Assembly (NCBI GenBank): GCA_963798845.1
Contig: CAWCUS010000005.1
Coordinates: forward strand, 288,001-352,000
Length of the DNA: 64,000 nucleotides
From: an uncultured Gemmatimonadales bacterium
GTDB lineage: Bacteria > Gemmatimonadota > Gemmatimonadetes > Longimicrobiales > RSA9
Reading direction: 5' to 3'
Shown: positions 47,074-56,792 of the stretch, piece by piece
Layout: each line of letters begins with the position of its first letter
Position numbering within the stretch: position 1 is the first letter of the stretch
The notes under the pieces: generated by a model
The model's input: the letters and a program-made list of their open reading frames with translations, nothing else
The model's database searches: none
What the model was told of the DNA's origin: nothing
Made by a program: the position numbers and the translations under genes

Positions 47074-49233
47074 TCAGCGCACGGTCACCGCGACGGGGTC
47101 CAGCCCCGGCCGCTCCGCCAGCACCACCTGCACCGGCCCGGCCGGCCTCGCCTGGCCGATCAGCGTCCAGCGCGCTTCCCACAGCCACGCTCCGTGGCCG
47201 CCGGGGCCTCGCTGCCAGACTTCCACCCGCGGGTCGTCGTCCCAGACCACCACGGGAGACCCGGCGTCGTCGCGGTAGCGGAACGCGATGACGGGGCCGT
47301 CCGCGGGAACCAGGCGGCCCGGGTGCAGGTCCGTCCAGCGGGCGACGAGCGCGTCCCCCTCCCACGCCGCCGTGAGCCGTCGCGGCCCGAGCGCTTCGGG
47401 CGCGGGCCCCGCATGGGGCGGCGGGAGGACGTGCGCATCCCCGAGGCGAAAGAAGGTGAGCTCCGGCACGACGGGATCCGGCGAGGGCTCGCTCGCGGCT
47501 GGAAGCCGCGCGGCCATGTCGCCTGCGAGGCGGGCGAGGTACTCGGCGGTGCGGGGGCCGTAGAGGGTCGAAGAGCCCTCGTAGTTCTGGAGCCGGTACT
47601 CGGCGGGGCTTGCCACGTACTGGTTGTAGCCGTTCGCGAGCCCGACGACCAGCGCCCGGTCGGGCGAGCTTCCGGCCACCGCCGCACCGGCGAGCGCTGC
47701 GTCGCGGATCATGCCCCCCACCACCGTGGTCGCCTCGAACGGGATCGCCACGAGGATCGAGCCGCCCACGTCTGCCACCGTGACCTGCGCCACGTCAGGG
47801 AGGAGCCGGGACAGGACCCGCCGCTGCAGCCTCCCGAGGAACGGCTTCTTCGATCCCTGGCATCCCCGGGGCGGGTTGCGGGTCGAGACCGCCGAGTCCT
47901 CGGCGAAGCCGACGTCGTGAACGCCGAAGAAGCGCCAGTTGCGGTAGCGGGTGTAGCCGTCGTCGGCGCCGGCGAGGGTCGCGGTGCCGGGCTGGGGCGG
48001 GCACAGCCCGTCTCCGATCTGAGCGGCCGCGGTGAGTCCGACGGTCTGAAAGACGCGGCGGATGACGAAGTCGTCGGAAAGCGTGCCTGCTCGGCCGATC
48101 GAGTCGAACACGGCCACCACCGCCTCTCCCAGGGCAGTCCCGACGCGCAGGACCTCGGACCGGGCGAAGACGAGGCACCGAGCCTGCTCTGGCGGGTCCG
48201 GCGGGATCCACAGCTCCGGGCCTGGTGGCGTGCGCGGGCCGGCGGGACGACGCACGGCCGCCAGCCACGGGACCTGGCAGCGGGTACGGACCGGCACGTC
48301 GGGCGCCACGTCGCCCTCGGCGCTGTTGGCCACCAGGTGGACCGCGGTGGGACGGAACGCTGGAGCCCGGCCGTTGATCGAGTCGATGTGCGCTTCCAGC
48401 CGCCGCTCGGCCACTCCCTGGATATCGGCATCGTACAGGCGATTCGCCGACGGGATGCCGGTGCCGTGGATGGCGAAGACCGTGAACGCCCCCGCGGGTC
48501 GGAACGCGCCGTCGCCTGGATCGCGGGAGTCGACGCGCAGCACGGCCAGCGTGGAGTCGACCATTCCGGAGGCGAGGGAGCCGGGCGGCGCGCGGAACCG
48601 GCGCCGCCACGCCTGCGGGTTCGCCTGGAACGGCTTGACGCTGCGGTTCTTCGTGAGATCCCAGACCGCGGCCGTCCCCCACGCCGCCCGGGCCGCCGTC
48701 ATGGACCCGCTCGCCGCCTCGAGCGCGGCCGCGATGCGGTCGGCGAGGAACGCCACCATGCGCGGATCGAAGCCGCCCACCGATGTGCCGAGCTCGTCGT
48801 ACGCCGGGTACCCGAAGTGGTTGCCCGGACCGGCGTGCGTGTGGGTGGCGGAGACGATGAGCCGGTCGGGTCCCAGCCCGGTGGCGGCCCGCACACGCGC
48901 GGCCACCTCCCGGTGCAGGAGCGGCGACAGCTGGCCGAGGTCGAGGGTGACGAGCCCGAGCCGCTCTCCCGAGCCGTCCTCCAGCACCAGCGCCCGGGCG
49001 TACAGTCGCGTCCGCCAGCCCTGCGACGCCTTCCCTTCCGGGCCGTAGCCCATCAACCCGGCCCCTGGCGGCGGCGTGATGTCGGCCCGACCGAACCCCG
49101 CGCGCAGGCCGGTCGTGGCCGGGGCGGCGGGGGGTGGCGATGGCGCAGTCGCGGGCTCCACGAACCCCCGGGCGCAGGCTGCGGGCGCGATCAGGACGAG
49201 GAGCGGGACCAGAGACCGTCGCAGCGAGGTCAT
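47074..49233 (-). CDS. Neutral/alkaline non-lysosomal ceramidase family lipoprotein
   Basis: PAAC lipobox; GRADITP, LMGY, RLYARA, SATHTHAGPG, FAIHGT, EGDVAP, PFEATT, GLANGY..Y, YEGSSTLYGP. Confidence 0.9.
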   Translation of the reverse strand: MTSLRRSLVPLLVLIAPAACARGFVEPATAPSPPPAAPATTGLRAGFGRADITPPPGAGLMGYGPEGKASQGWRTRLYARALVLEDGSGERLGLVTLDLGQLSPLLHREVAARVRAATGLGPDRLIVSATHTHAGPGNHFGYPAYDELGTSVGGFDPRMVAFLADRIAAALEAASGSMTAARAAWGTAAVWDLTKNRSVKPFQANPQAWRRRFRAPPGSLASGMVDSTLAVLRVDSRDPGDGAFRPAGAFTVFAIHGTGIPSANRLYDADIQGVAERRLEAHIDSINGRAPAFRPTAVHLVANSAEGDVAPDVPVRTRCQVPWLAAVRRPAGPRTPPGPELWIPPDPPEQARCLVFARSEVLRVGTALGEAVVAVFDSIGRAGTLSDDFVIRRVFQTVGLTAAAQIGDGLCPPQPGTATLAGADDGYTRYRNWRFFGVHDVGFAEDSAVSTRNPPRGCQGSKKPFLGRLQRRVLSRLLPDVAQVTVADVGGSILVAIPFEATTVVGGMIRDAALAGAAVAGSSPDRALVVGLANGYNQYVASPAEYRLQNYEGSSTLYGPRTAEYLARLAGDMAARLPAASEPSPDPVVPELTFFRLGDAHVLPPPHAGPAPEALGPRRLTAAWEGDALVARWTDLHPGRLVPADGPVIAFRYRDDAGSPVVVWDDDPRVEVWQRGPGGHGAWLWEARWTLIGQARPAGPVQVVLAERPGLDPVAVTVR

Positions 49234-50138
49234 GGCGTCCTCCGGAGCGGGTAAAGGATACTCAGGGCCACGTCCAGTCGGGCGGTGACGCGGGCCTCGT
49301 CGCCGGGATCGGGGCCGCGCCGGCGCGTGGCTCCGTCGATCCCGAGCTGGACGGTGCCATCCAGGTGCAGCGTCATGGGGATCCCGGCCGGCTGAAAGAA
49401 CGGCGTCGCCCCCAGTGACAGCTGCACATGCGTCAGCCCTTCGCCCTCGTATCGGGCGGGCTCCGGGTCGGTGCCGCCGGTGCCCTCCGGGTCCTGGTTC
49501 CAGCTCCAGCCGGCCGCCAGCCGTGCGACCAGAGAGCCGAGCGGCTCACCGACGAACAGCACCGGCAGGCGCGACACGAGCGCGGTCTCCACGTAGGTGC
49601 CGCCGACGGGGCCCAGGTCGAAGGCGGCGGACGCATCCACGCCGATCGGCAGGTCGGACGGAAGCCCCACGATCGTGTACAGCTGCCCCAGTCCGCTCAG
49701 GCGAGCGCCGAGGAAGAGCTCGCTCGCGTCGCGCGCGTCTCCCAGTCCGCCCGACGCCGGGTCCCCGTGGAAGGTGTAGCGGGTCCAGCCGCCCCGGAGG
49801 TCGATCACCGCGGACGCGAGCCGGAGCCGATAATCACCCTCCGTCCAGACGTCCACCTCGGCCAGGCCGCCGTCCTGGCCCGCGAGCGTCAGGTCGCCCG
49901 CCCCCGGGCGCCACGGCTCCACCAGCGCCCAGCCGCCGGCGCTGATCATGAGCGCCGGCCCCTTCCACGCCAGAGCGAGTGCAGGCTGGACCGTCGCCCG
50001 GCTCACCCGGGTCAGCCCGCGCCACACGTAGTCCGTCGAGAACCCGAGGTCGATCGCCCCCTCCACCTGCGCCGCGCTCGCGGACGGCACGAGCAGGGAA
50101 AGCGTCAGGAGGAGCGAACGGAACGCGCCCCGGATCAC
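49230..50138 (-). CDS. Outer membrane beta-barrel, TorF/gcw_chp-like putative porin
   Basis: Signal peptide then STDYVWRGL...VQP, EVD, YTF; overlaps both neighbours by 4 nt. Confidence 0.72.
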   Translation of the reverse strand: MIRGAFRSLLLTLSLLVPSASAAQVEGAIDLGFSTDYVWRGLTRVSRATVQPALALAWKGPALMISAGGWALVEPWRPGAGDLTLAGQDGGLAEVDVWTEGDYRLRLASAVIDLRGGWTRYTFHGDPASGGLGDARDASELFLGARLSGLGQLYTIVGLPSDLPIGVDASAAFDLGPVGGTYVETALVSRLPVLFVGEPLGSLVARLAAGWSWNQDPEGTGGTDPEPARYEGEGLTHVQLSLGATPFFQPAGIPMTLHLDGTVQLGIDGATRRRGPDPGDEARVTARLDVALSILYPLRRTP

Positions 50139-51589
50139 GGGGCCTCCACCGGAAAATGGAGCGTCCGCCGAAGCAGCAGCCGGGCTCCGGCGACGCCCGC
50201 TTCCGGCCGTCCCCAGGCGCTGATCACCGCCCGGATCATCCCCTCGGCCTCGCGGTGGGTGAAGGTCACGGTCGCGTAGTTCTGGCGGTCGGTCGTGACG
50301 AAGTCGCCGCCACCGAGCGAGGCGTCGGTGCTCTCGAGTCGGAAGTGGGCGCCGCTCCCGCCGAGGACGCCGCGCGTCACCTCCGGCCCACCCGGAGGGT
50401 CGGTCCCGGGAGCTTCCTTGAGGCGGGAGAACGCCGAACAGGTGAGCTCGGCGAGCCGGAGCTCGTCGCGCGCGTCCACCGGATCGAACCCCTCGATGAC
50501 ATAGAGGCGGGTGTAGTGGAGGTCGCCGGCCAGGACCAGGACGCGCTTCCGCGCGTTGGTGAGCGCGGTGACGAGCCGTGCGTAGTCCGCAGTGTAGTCG
50601 GCCAGGTTGTGGTCGGTGAAGCTGCCGGGGCCCTGGAAGATCGGCGGTCCCACGGCCAGGATGCCCAGCCCGCCCGGCTCCATGAGCCAGTCGCACACGG
50701 CGTCGAGGTGATGCGGGTCGGTGAACTGCACGGCGCCCGGCGTGTCCGCGCGCGTCCGGCCGAGGCGCGTGTCGAGCGAGAAGAACGACAGCGGCGGGAC
50801 GTCGAAGCGGATGGTGTCCGCATTCTCCCGCAGGATGCCCGGCGTGATCTGCCCGACGGCGGCGACCAGCCCGGGATCCAGGTTGAGCGCGCCCTGAAAG
50901 GCGTCGAACGCCTTCCGAAGCTCCCGATCCAGCTTCTGCACACCCGAGTCTCTGGTCCACGGGAGCCAGAGCGGCTTGTGCGGGTAGTCGTTCCACATCT
51001 CGTGGTCGTCCGCCAGGAACACGGTGGGCGGGAGCTGCCGGAGCAGGTTGGCGAAGCGGCGGTCTCGCCACTGCTCCAGGTAAGCCGCCCACGGGTCCGG
51101 GGCCTCCCTCATCGGCATGGACCAGGCGTCGGGCCTTTCCGGCGCGATCTCCTTCACCAGGTCCATGTAGATCTGGTCGCCCAGCAGGAACGCGAGCCGC
51201 AGCGGGTCCGCGCTGTCGGGCCGGTGCTGCCGGGGCGGGAACCAGCGCCAGACCTCGTCGACATCCATCGGCCAGTTGTAGCAGGACCCTAGCGCCATCG
51301 TGAACGGCGCGCCGCCCGCGAGCGTGGCCGGCAGCGTGCGGGCGCGTCCGATCTGCTCGTCCCCATCCTCGGTCCGCCCGGACAACGTGTAGGCCGAGTC
51401 GGGCTGGAGCCCGGTGGTCGCCGCGAGCCAGGCCCGGCCCGCGTCGCCCGGCAGGTCGGCCAGGACGTGCACCTTGGTGTCTCCCGCGCCGATCGACGGC
51501 GCCAGCTCCAGGGTCAACGGTGTGCTGTCCTCGGCCAGGATCCACCAGGTGAGGCCATCCGATGCCGCTCTTCCCGGGACGATGAGCAT
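50135..51589 (-). CDS. PhoD-like metallophosphoesterase, no evident signal peptide
   Basis: GLQPDSAY fibronectin-like segment, ALGSC, LGDQIYMD, DDHEMWND, LDTR, GDLH. Confidence 0.85.
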   Translation of the reverse strand: MLIVPGRAASDGLTWWILAEDSTPLTLELAPSIGAGDTKVHVLADLPGDAGRAWLAATTGLQPDSAYTLSGRTEDGDEQIGRARTLPATLAGGAPFTMALGSCYNWPMDVDEVWRWFPPRQHRPDSADPLRLAFLLGDQIYMDLVKEIAPERPDAWSMPMREAPDPWAAYLEQWRDRRFANLLRQLPPTVFLADDHEMWNDYPHKPLWLPWTRDSGVQKLDRELRKAFDAFQGALNLDPGLVAAVGQITPGILRENADTIRFDVPPLSFFSLDTRLGRTRADTPGAVQFTDPHHLDAVCDWLMEPGGLGILAVGPPIFQGPGSFTDHNLADYTADYARLVTALTNARKRVLVLAGDLHYTRLYVIEGFDPVDARDELRLAELTCSAFSRLKEAPGTDPPGGPEVTRGVLGGSGAHFRLESTDASLGGGDFVTTDRQNYATVTFTHREAEGMIRAVISAWGRPEAGVAGARLLLRRTLHFPVEAP

Positions 51590-51839
51590 GAGAGATCTCC
51601 TGTCGGCGGAGGTCCGGCTCCGGTGCGCGAAGGGGTGCGGGCTGCGCAGCGCGGGATACCGAAAGCACGGCTGAAGGCTGGAACGTCCGGAGCCAGTGAT
51701 AGGGGCGCGGCGACCGCCGTGCAAGGGGGACGTTCCGGACGCCTCCGCCTCGGCGCGCCGGCCCGCCCGGTTGACACGCGGACCCCGGCCGGAGAACAAT
51801 GAGAAATTCCGCCTGTCTCACAGAAGCCCAGGAACTCCC

Positions 51840-52700
51840 ATGATCGCTCGCCGCACCCTGTCCGTACCCGCGCTCGTCGTTCTGCTCGCCACGCTGGCGC
51901 CGCCAGCGGCGCGCGCCCAGACGGCGGCCCAGGTCTTCCAGACGGCCATGGACCGCTACGCCAGCCGCATGAAGGGGATCGAAAGCTATACCGTCGTGCA
52001 GGACATGATGGGATTCGAGACCACCACGTACCATTCGCGCGTCGAGGGGAGCGATCCGCCCATCTACGACACCAAAGTGGTCATCGCGGGGCAGGACCTC
52101 TCCAGCCTGAGCCCCGCGCAGAAGGAGCAGGCCCGGAGCCCGGACATGAGCGAGCTCTATCCCGAGCTGGCGAAGCGCGCCAGCCTGAAGGGGAGCGAGT
52201 CTGTGGACGGCCACGAAACGTACGTGATCGAGATCGACGACCTCTCCGGGATCTCCGTGTGGCAGCAGTCCGGTGAGGCGGGCCAGAGCTTCGAGCCGAA
52301 GACCATGACCATGTACCTGGACAAGGACCAGTACGTCCCTCGCCGGGTCAGGATCGAGGGCAGCACGGACATGAACGGCAAGAAGAGCGACATCACCATG
52401 GTCATGAACGCGGGCGACTACCGGGAGGTCGAGGGGCTGCTCTATCCGTTCCACACGACCATGCACATGGAAGGGATGGAGAACGCCATGAGCCCCGAGG
52501 ACCGGGCGCAGGCGCAGGAGTCGCTGGACCAGATGGAGGAGCAGATGAAGAACATGCCCGAAGCCCAGCGGAAGATGATGGAGAAGATGATGGGCGGGCA
52601 GATGGAGAAGCTGAAGCAGATGGTCGGCGGCGGCGGGATGGACATGGAAGTGAGCGTGAAGGATGTGAAGGTGAACACGCCGCCTCCCGCGGAGGGGTGA
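51840..52700 (+). CDS. Secreted hypothetical protein (LolA/DUF4412-like) with Met-rich C-terminus
   Basis: Signal peptide ARA-Q; GSESVDGHETYVI, DYREVEGLLYP. Confidence 0.72.
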   Translation: MIARRTLSVPALVVLLATLAPPAARAQTAAQVFQTAMDRYASRMKGIESYTVVQDMMGFETTTYHSRVEGSDPPIYDTKVVIAGQDLSSLSPAQKEQARSPDMSELYPELAKRASLKGSESVDGHETYVIEIDDLSGISVWQQSGEAGQSFEPKTMTMYLDKDQYVPRRVRIEGSTDMNGKKSDITMVMNAGDYREVEGLLYPFHTTMHMEGMENAMSPEDRAQAQESLDQMEEQMKNMPEAQRKMMEKMMGGQMEKLKQMVGGGGMDMEVSVKDVKVNTPPPAEG

Positions 52701-52775
52701 CGCGGCGCGCAGCGACACGGATCGGGGAGTGAGGCCGCCCGGGACCTGGCGGAGTCGGGCTGCACTGCCCGCGCC

Positions 52776-53993
52776 TCACTCGTCGCCGGGAACCGGGAAG
52801 CGCTGGGCGGCCCAGGTCGCGGTGACGCCGTGGACCGTGACGGACGCGGCGATGACCAGGCTGGTGATGTTCCACAGCCCGTGAACGCCGAGGCGGCGCG
52901 TCGCCAGGAACGTGTAGTAGATCGACGCCACGCCGATCGGGCCGAACCACCCCACGAAGAGGATCTGCGGGAGCGTCCTGATCCGCGGCATGGCGGGGGC
53001 CAGGGCGAAGGTCGCCGGGAGGCGGCGGAGGAAGAGGACGGAGGCCGCGAACGCGAAACCCTTCCACCCCAGGGCGGCCCACGCGCCGAACGGCAGCGTG
53101 GCCCCGAGCACGATGAACACCGGCGTCGTGAAGAAGCGGGTCACGGCTTCCTGGACCCGCTTTTTCGATTCGTCCGCTTCGGTGACCTGGCGATCGAACG
53201 CGAGGCCGCCGGCGAACACGGCCAGGATGTCGTCGCTCCCGATGAGCTTCGCGGCGCCGAGGATGATGAGGGCGAGGGCAAGGCTGTACATGAGGATGGT
53301 GGGCGGATCCATGTGCTCGCTGCTGTCCGCCCACTCCCACGCCCGACCGGCGACGTAGCCGAGACCGGCCCCCACGGCCACCGCCGCGCCCACCTCCCAG
53401 AGCACCACCCGCACGAACCACTCGTACGGCACCGCGGCGACGCCGTCGCGGAGGACCACGATCGAGAGCAGGACGAGCGGGAGCGCAAGGCCGTCGTTGA
53501 GCCCTGACTCGGCCGAAAGGCTGTGGCGCACGTCTTCGGGCACCCGCTCCTCGGCCACGTGCCCGGTGACGATTGCCGACGCGATCACCGGGTCCGTGGG
53601 GGCCAGGATCGCCCCGACCAGCGCCGCGACCCAGAACGGGAGGCCGAGAATCCACCAGGCGAGGAGGGCCGTGACGGCCCACGCCACCGGCATGACCCCC
53701 GCGAGCAGGAGCGCCAGCGGCCGCTTCAACGCAGCCATGGCGCCGCGGGGGAGACGCATGGCGATCTCCACCAGGCCGAACGCGAGGGTGAAGCGCGCCA
53801 CCTGCTCGAGGAGAACGTCGTGATTCGCCCAGTTCTCGGGCGTGACGGCGCCCGTCACCGGGCCGAGCAGGATCCCGGCGATCATCGCCGTGAGCGGGCC
53901 CGCCACGAACGTGCGGGAGAAGACGGAAGCGAACAGCCCGATGAGCAGGACGGCAAGGCCGGCGAACGCCAGGATCTGGTTCAGCTCGTTCAA
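52776..53993 (-). CDS. CPA1/NhaP-type cation:proton antiporter (start uncertain)
   Basis: Multiple TMs; LAPTDPVIA, AESGLNDG, LRRLP, GWFGPIG. Confidence 0.92.
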   Translation of the reverse strand: MNELNQILAFAGLAVLLIGLFASVFSRTFVAGPLTAMIAGILLGPVTGAVTPENWANHDVLLEQVARFTLAFGLVEIAMRLPRGAMAALKRPLALLLAGVMPVAWAVTALLAWWILGLPFWVAALVGAILAPTDPVIASAIVTGHVAEERVPEDVRHSLSAESGLNDGLALPLVLLSIVVLRDGVAAVPYEWFVRVVLWEVGAAVAVGAGLGYVAGRAWEWADSSEHMDPPTILMYSLALALIILGAAKLIGSDDILAVFAGGLAFDRQVTEADESKKRVQEAVTRFFTTPVFIVLGATLPFGAWAALGWKGFAFAASVLFLRRLPATFALAPAMPRIRTLPQILFVGWFGPIGVASIYYTFLATRRLGVHGLWNITSLVIAASVTVHGVTATWAAQRFPVPGDE

Positions 53994-54125
53994 CGCCCCG
54001 AAGCTCCAGTGCGGTCGGTCTCCATGAGCGCGCGTCCGCTGCAAGGACCGGACGACGGGAGCGTGATGAGGCCGTAGCGGTGAAAGGCTGTGGCGCCGGG
54101 GTCCCCGGCAGGCGAGGCGGTTGGG

Positions 54126-54506
54126 CTAGCGGGTCGCCACGACCCTCCGGCCACAGCCGGCGAGGCGGGTGACGGTGGCCACCAGGTCGGAAAACACCGG
54201 CGGTTTCACGAAGACGGCGGCGTGGTTGGGCTCGGCCGCACCCAGCTCCTCGGCGAGCGCGCGGGCGGTCACCACCACGAAGGGGATGGCGGCCGTGCGA
54301 GGGTCTGCCTGGAGCGCCGCGTGGAGCGTCGTGCCATCCGCCAGCTGGAGGGGGTGCTCGCCCACGATCACCGCCGGCCCGTCGCGCAACGCCGCGGCGA
54401 GGGCGGCGTCCGCATCGGCGGCGGTGACCACGTCATGGCCGGCCGCTCCGAGGAAGAGGGAGAGGATCGTCCGCATGTCGCGATCTGGGTCGACGACGAG
54501 AATCAC
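54126..54506 (-). CDS. Atypical single-domain receiver protein (start uncertain)
   Basis: ILVVDPD..MRTIL, GHDVVTA, DPRTAAIPFVVVTA, FVKP; Asp site appears replaced (VIVGE). Confidence 0.7.
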   Translation of the reverse strand: MILVVDPDRDMRTILSLFLGAAGHDVVTAADADAALAAALRDGPAVIVGEHPLQLADGTTLHAALQADPRTAAIPFVVVTARALAEELGAAEPNHAAVFVKPPVFSDLVATVTRLAGCGRRVVATR

Positions 54507-54749
54507 CGGAGTCCCCGGCTGTGAAGGAAGCCGCCGCGGCGAGGGCCGCCGGCGGCCAGGGTGGCCACTCGACAAAAATAGAATCGTGCGTCGGCCGGCG
54601 CCATGACGACGTTGCCCCGGCCGGACCCGGAGTCGACTCGCCTGCGACCGTTGGGACGCCGCCGATGTCCCCGCCCCGGCTTGCCCCGGCGCCGCGGCCG
54701 CCGGACATTGTCGCGGACACCAGCCCGCGAACTGCCCGGAGGACCGATC

Positions 54750-56744
54750 ATGACGATGAAGGAGTCGCCCCGCATCCCGCTGCTCCCGACCTCCCTCGCC
54801 CTCGTCGCCGCGCTCCTGGCGCCCTGCGCCGCGGCGGCGCAGCAGCCCTCCGGACTGCCCAGCGAGACGCCGGAACGCTTCACCCCCGTCACCTCCAGCT
54901 TCGACTACGAGCGCCGCGACGTCATGGTCCCGATGCGCGACGGGGAGAAGCTCCACACCGTGATCCTCGTGCCGAAGGGGGCGACGCGCGCGCCCATCCT
55001 GCTGACGCGCACGCCGTACAACGCCACCGCGCTGACGAGCCACGCGGCGAGCCCGAACCTGGGGCCGATCCTCCAGGGCTACGACAACGCCACCGACGTG
55101 ATCGTGGACGGCGGCTACGTCCGCGTGGTTCAGGACATCCGGGGAAAGTGGGGGTCCGAGGGCGACTACGTCATGAACCGCCCGCTGGTGGGCCCGCTCA
55201 ATCCCACCGAAGTGGACGAGTCGACCGACACCTACGACACCATCGACTGGCTGATCAGGAACATCCCCGAGAGCAACGGCCGCGTCGGCATCCTGGGCAT
55301 CTCCTACGACGGCTTTCTCCCGCTGATGGCGCTGGTGAACCCGCACCCGGCGCTGAAGGTGGCCGTGCCGATGAACCCGATGGTGGACGGCTGGCGCGGC
55401 GATGACTGGTTCCACAACGGCGCCTTCCGGCAGCAGATGATGCCCTACGTGTACGAGCAGGAAGCGTCGCGTACGAACGACTACGCCTGGTGGAGCGGCC
55501 ACTACGACGACTACGACCTCTACATGGAGGCCGGGTCGGCGGGCGCGCTGGCGAAGAGCCACGGGCTGGATCAGGTGGGTTTCTGGAGGAAGATCGTCGC
55601 CCACCCGACCTACGACGCGTGGTGGCAGCAGCAGGCCATGGACAGCATCCTCGGCGCGCAGCCGCTGACGGTGCCGGTGATGCTGGTGCACAGCCTGTGG
55701 GACCAGGAGGACATCTACGGCGCCCCCGCGGTCTACGACGCGATCGAGGCGAAGGACGCCCACAACGACATGGTCTACCTGGTCATGGGACCGTGGCACC
55801 ACGGCGGCGAGATCGGCGACGGCAGCACCCTCGGCGCGCTCCGCTTCGGCAGCGATACCGGCCTCTTCTTCCGCCAGCACGTCCTCGCCCCGTTCCTCGC
55901 CCGCTACCTGAAGGACGATGGAACGACCGCGACCGATGGCGACATGGGCGGCCTGGCCGACCAGGACGTCGCGCCCGTGACCGCCTTCGTGACCGGGGAG
56001 AACCGCTGGGAGCGGCTCCCCGCGTGGCCGGCCGGGTGCGCCTCCGGGTGCGCCGTGACGCCCACCCCGCTTTACCTGGAGCCGGAGCTGAAGCTGGGCT
56101 TCGACGCGCCGCGGAAAGGCGCCGCCGCCTACGACGAGTACGTCAGCGACCCGTCCAGGCCGGTGCCCTACCAGCCGCGGCCCAGCAGGCCCGCCAGCGG
56201 GCCCGTGTGGCAGGACTGGCTGGTGACCGACCAGCGCCCCGCGTCCGGGAGGCCGGATGTGCTCACGTACGTTTCCGACGTGCTGACGGACCCGGTGCGG
56301 ATCGCGGGCCGGCCCGCGGCCAACCTGGTGGCGTCCACCAGCGGGACCGACTCCGACTGGGTGGTCAAGCTGATCGACGTGTACCCGGACGAAGTGGCGG
56401 AGCAGCCGGAGATGGGCGGGTTCCAGCTCATGGTCTCGGGCGACATCTTCCGCGGCCGCTACCGCGAGAGCCTCTCACGGCCGGAGCCGATCGCGGCGGG
56501 CAAGCCGCTGACGTACAGGTTCGCGCTGCCCACGGCGAACCACGTCTTCCGGCCGGGGCACCGGATCATGGTGCAGGTGCAGTCGAGCTGGTTCCCGCTC
56601 TACGACCGCAACCCGCAGACGTTCGTGGAGAGCATCTTCGACGCTCAGCCGGACGATTTCGTGAAGGCGACCCAGCGCGTCTGGCACGCGCCGGGCAGCG
56701 CCAGCTTCATCGCGCTCCCGCTGGTGGTGCCGCCGGGGCGGTAA
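54750..56744 (+). CDS. CocE/NonD family hydrolase (alpha-amino acid ester hydrolase / glutaryl-7-ACA acylase-like)
   Basis: MRDGEKLHT, RTPY, QDIRGKWGSEG, GISYDG, GDDWFHNGAFR, WDQED, GPWHHG, QSSWFPLYDRNPQ. Confidence 0.93.
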   Translation: MTMKESPRIPLLPTSLALVAALLAPCAAAAQQPSGLPSETPERFTPVTSSFDYERRDVMVPMRDGEKLHTVILVPKGATRAPILLTRTPYNATALTSHAASPNLGPILQGYDNATDVIVDGGYVRVVQDIRGKWGSEGDYVMNRPLVGPLNPTEVDESTDTYDTIDWLIRNIPESNGRVGILGISYDGFLPLMALVNPHPALKVAVPMNPMVDGWRGDDWFHNGAFRQQMMPYVYEQEASRTNDYAWWSGHYDDYDLYMEAGSAGALAKSHGLDQVGFWRKIVAHPTYDAWWQQQAMDSILGAQPLTVPVMLVHSLWDQEDIYGAPAVYDAIEAKDAHNDMVYLVMGPWHHGGEIGDGSTLGALRFGSDTGLFFRQHVLAPFLARYLKDDGTTATDGDMGGLADQDVAPVTAFVTGENRWERLPAWPAGCASGCAVTPTPLYLEPELKLGFDAPRKGAAAYDEYVSDPSRPVPYQPRPSRPASGPVWQDWLVTDQRPASGRPDVLTYVSDVLTDPVRIAGRPAANLVASTSGTDSDWVVKLIDVYPDEVAEQPEMGGFQLMVSGDIFRGRYRESLSRPEPIAAGKPLTYRFALPTANHVFRPGHRIMVQVQSSWFPLYDRNPQTFVESIFDAQPDDFVKATQRVWHAPGSASFIALPLVVPPGR

Positions 56745-56792
56745 GGCGCGCCAGGCGGAGCCGTGCTCTGACGCGCCGGCCCCCGGCTCACA

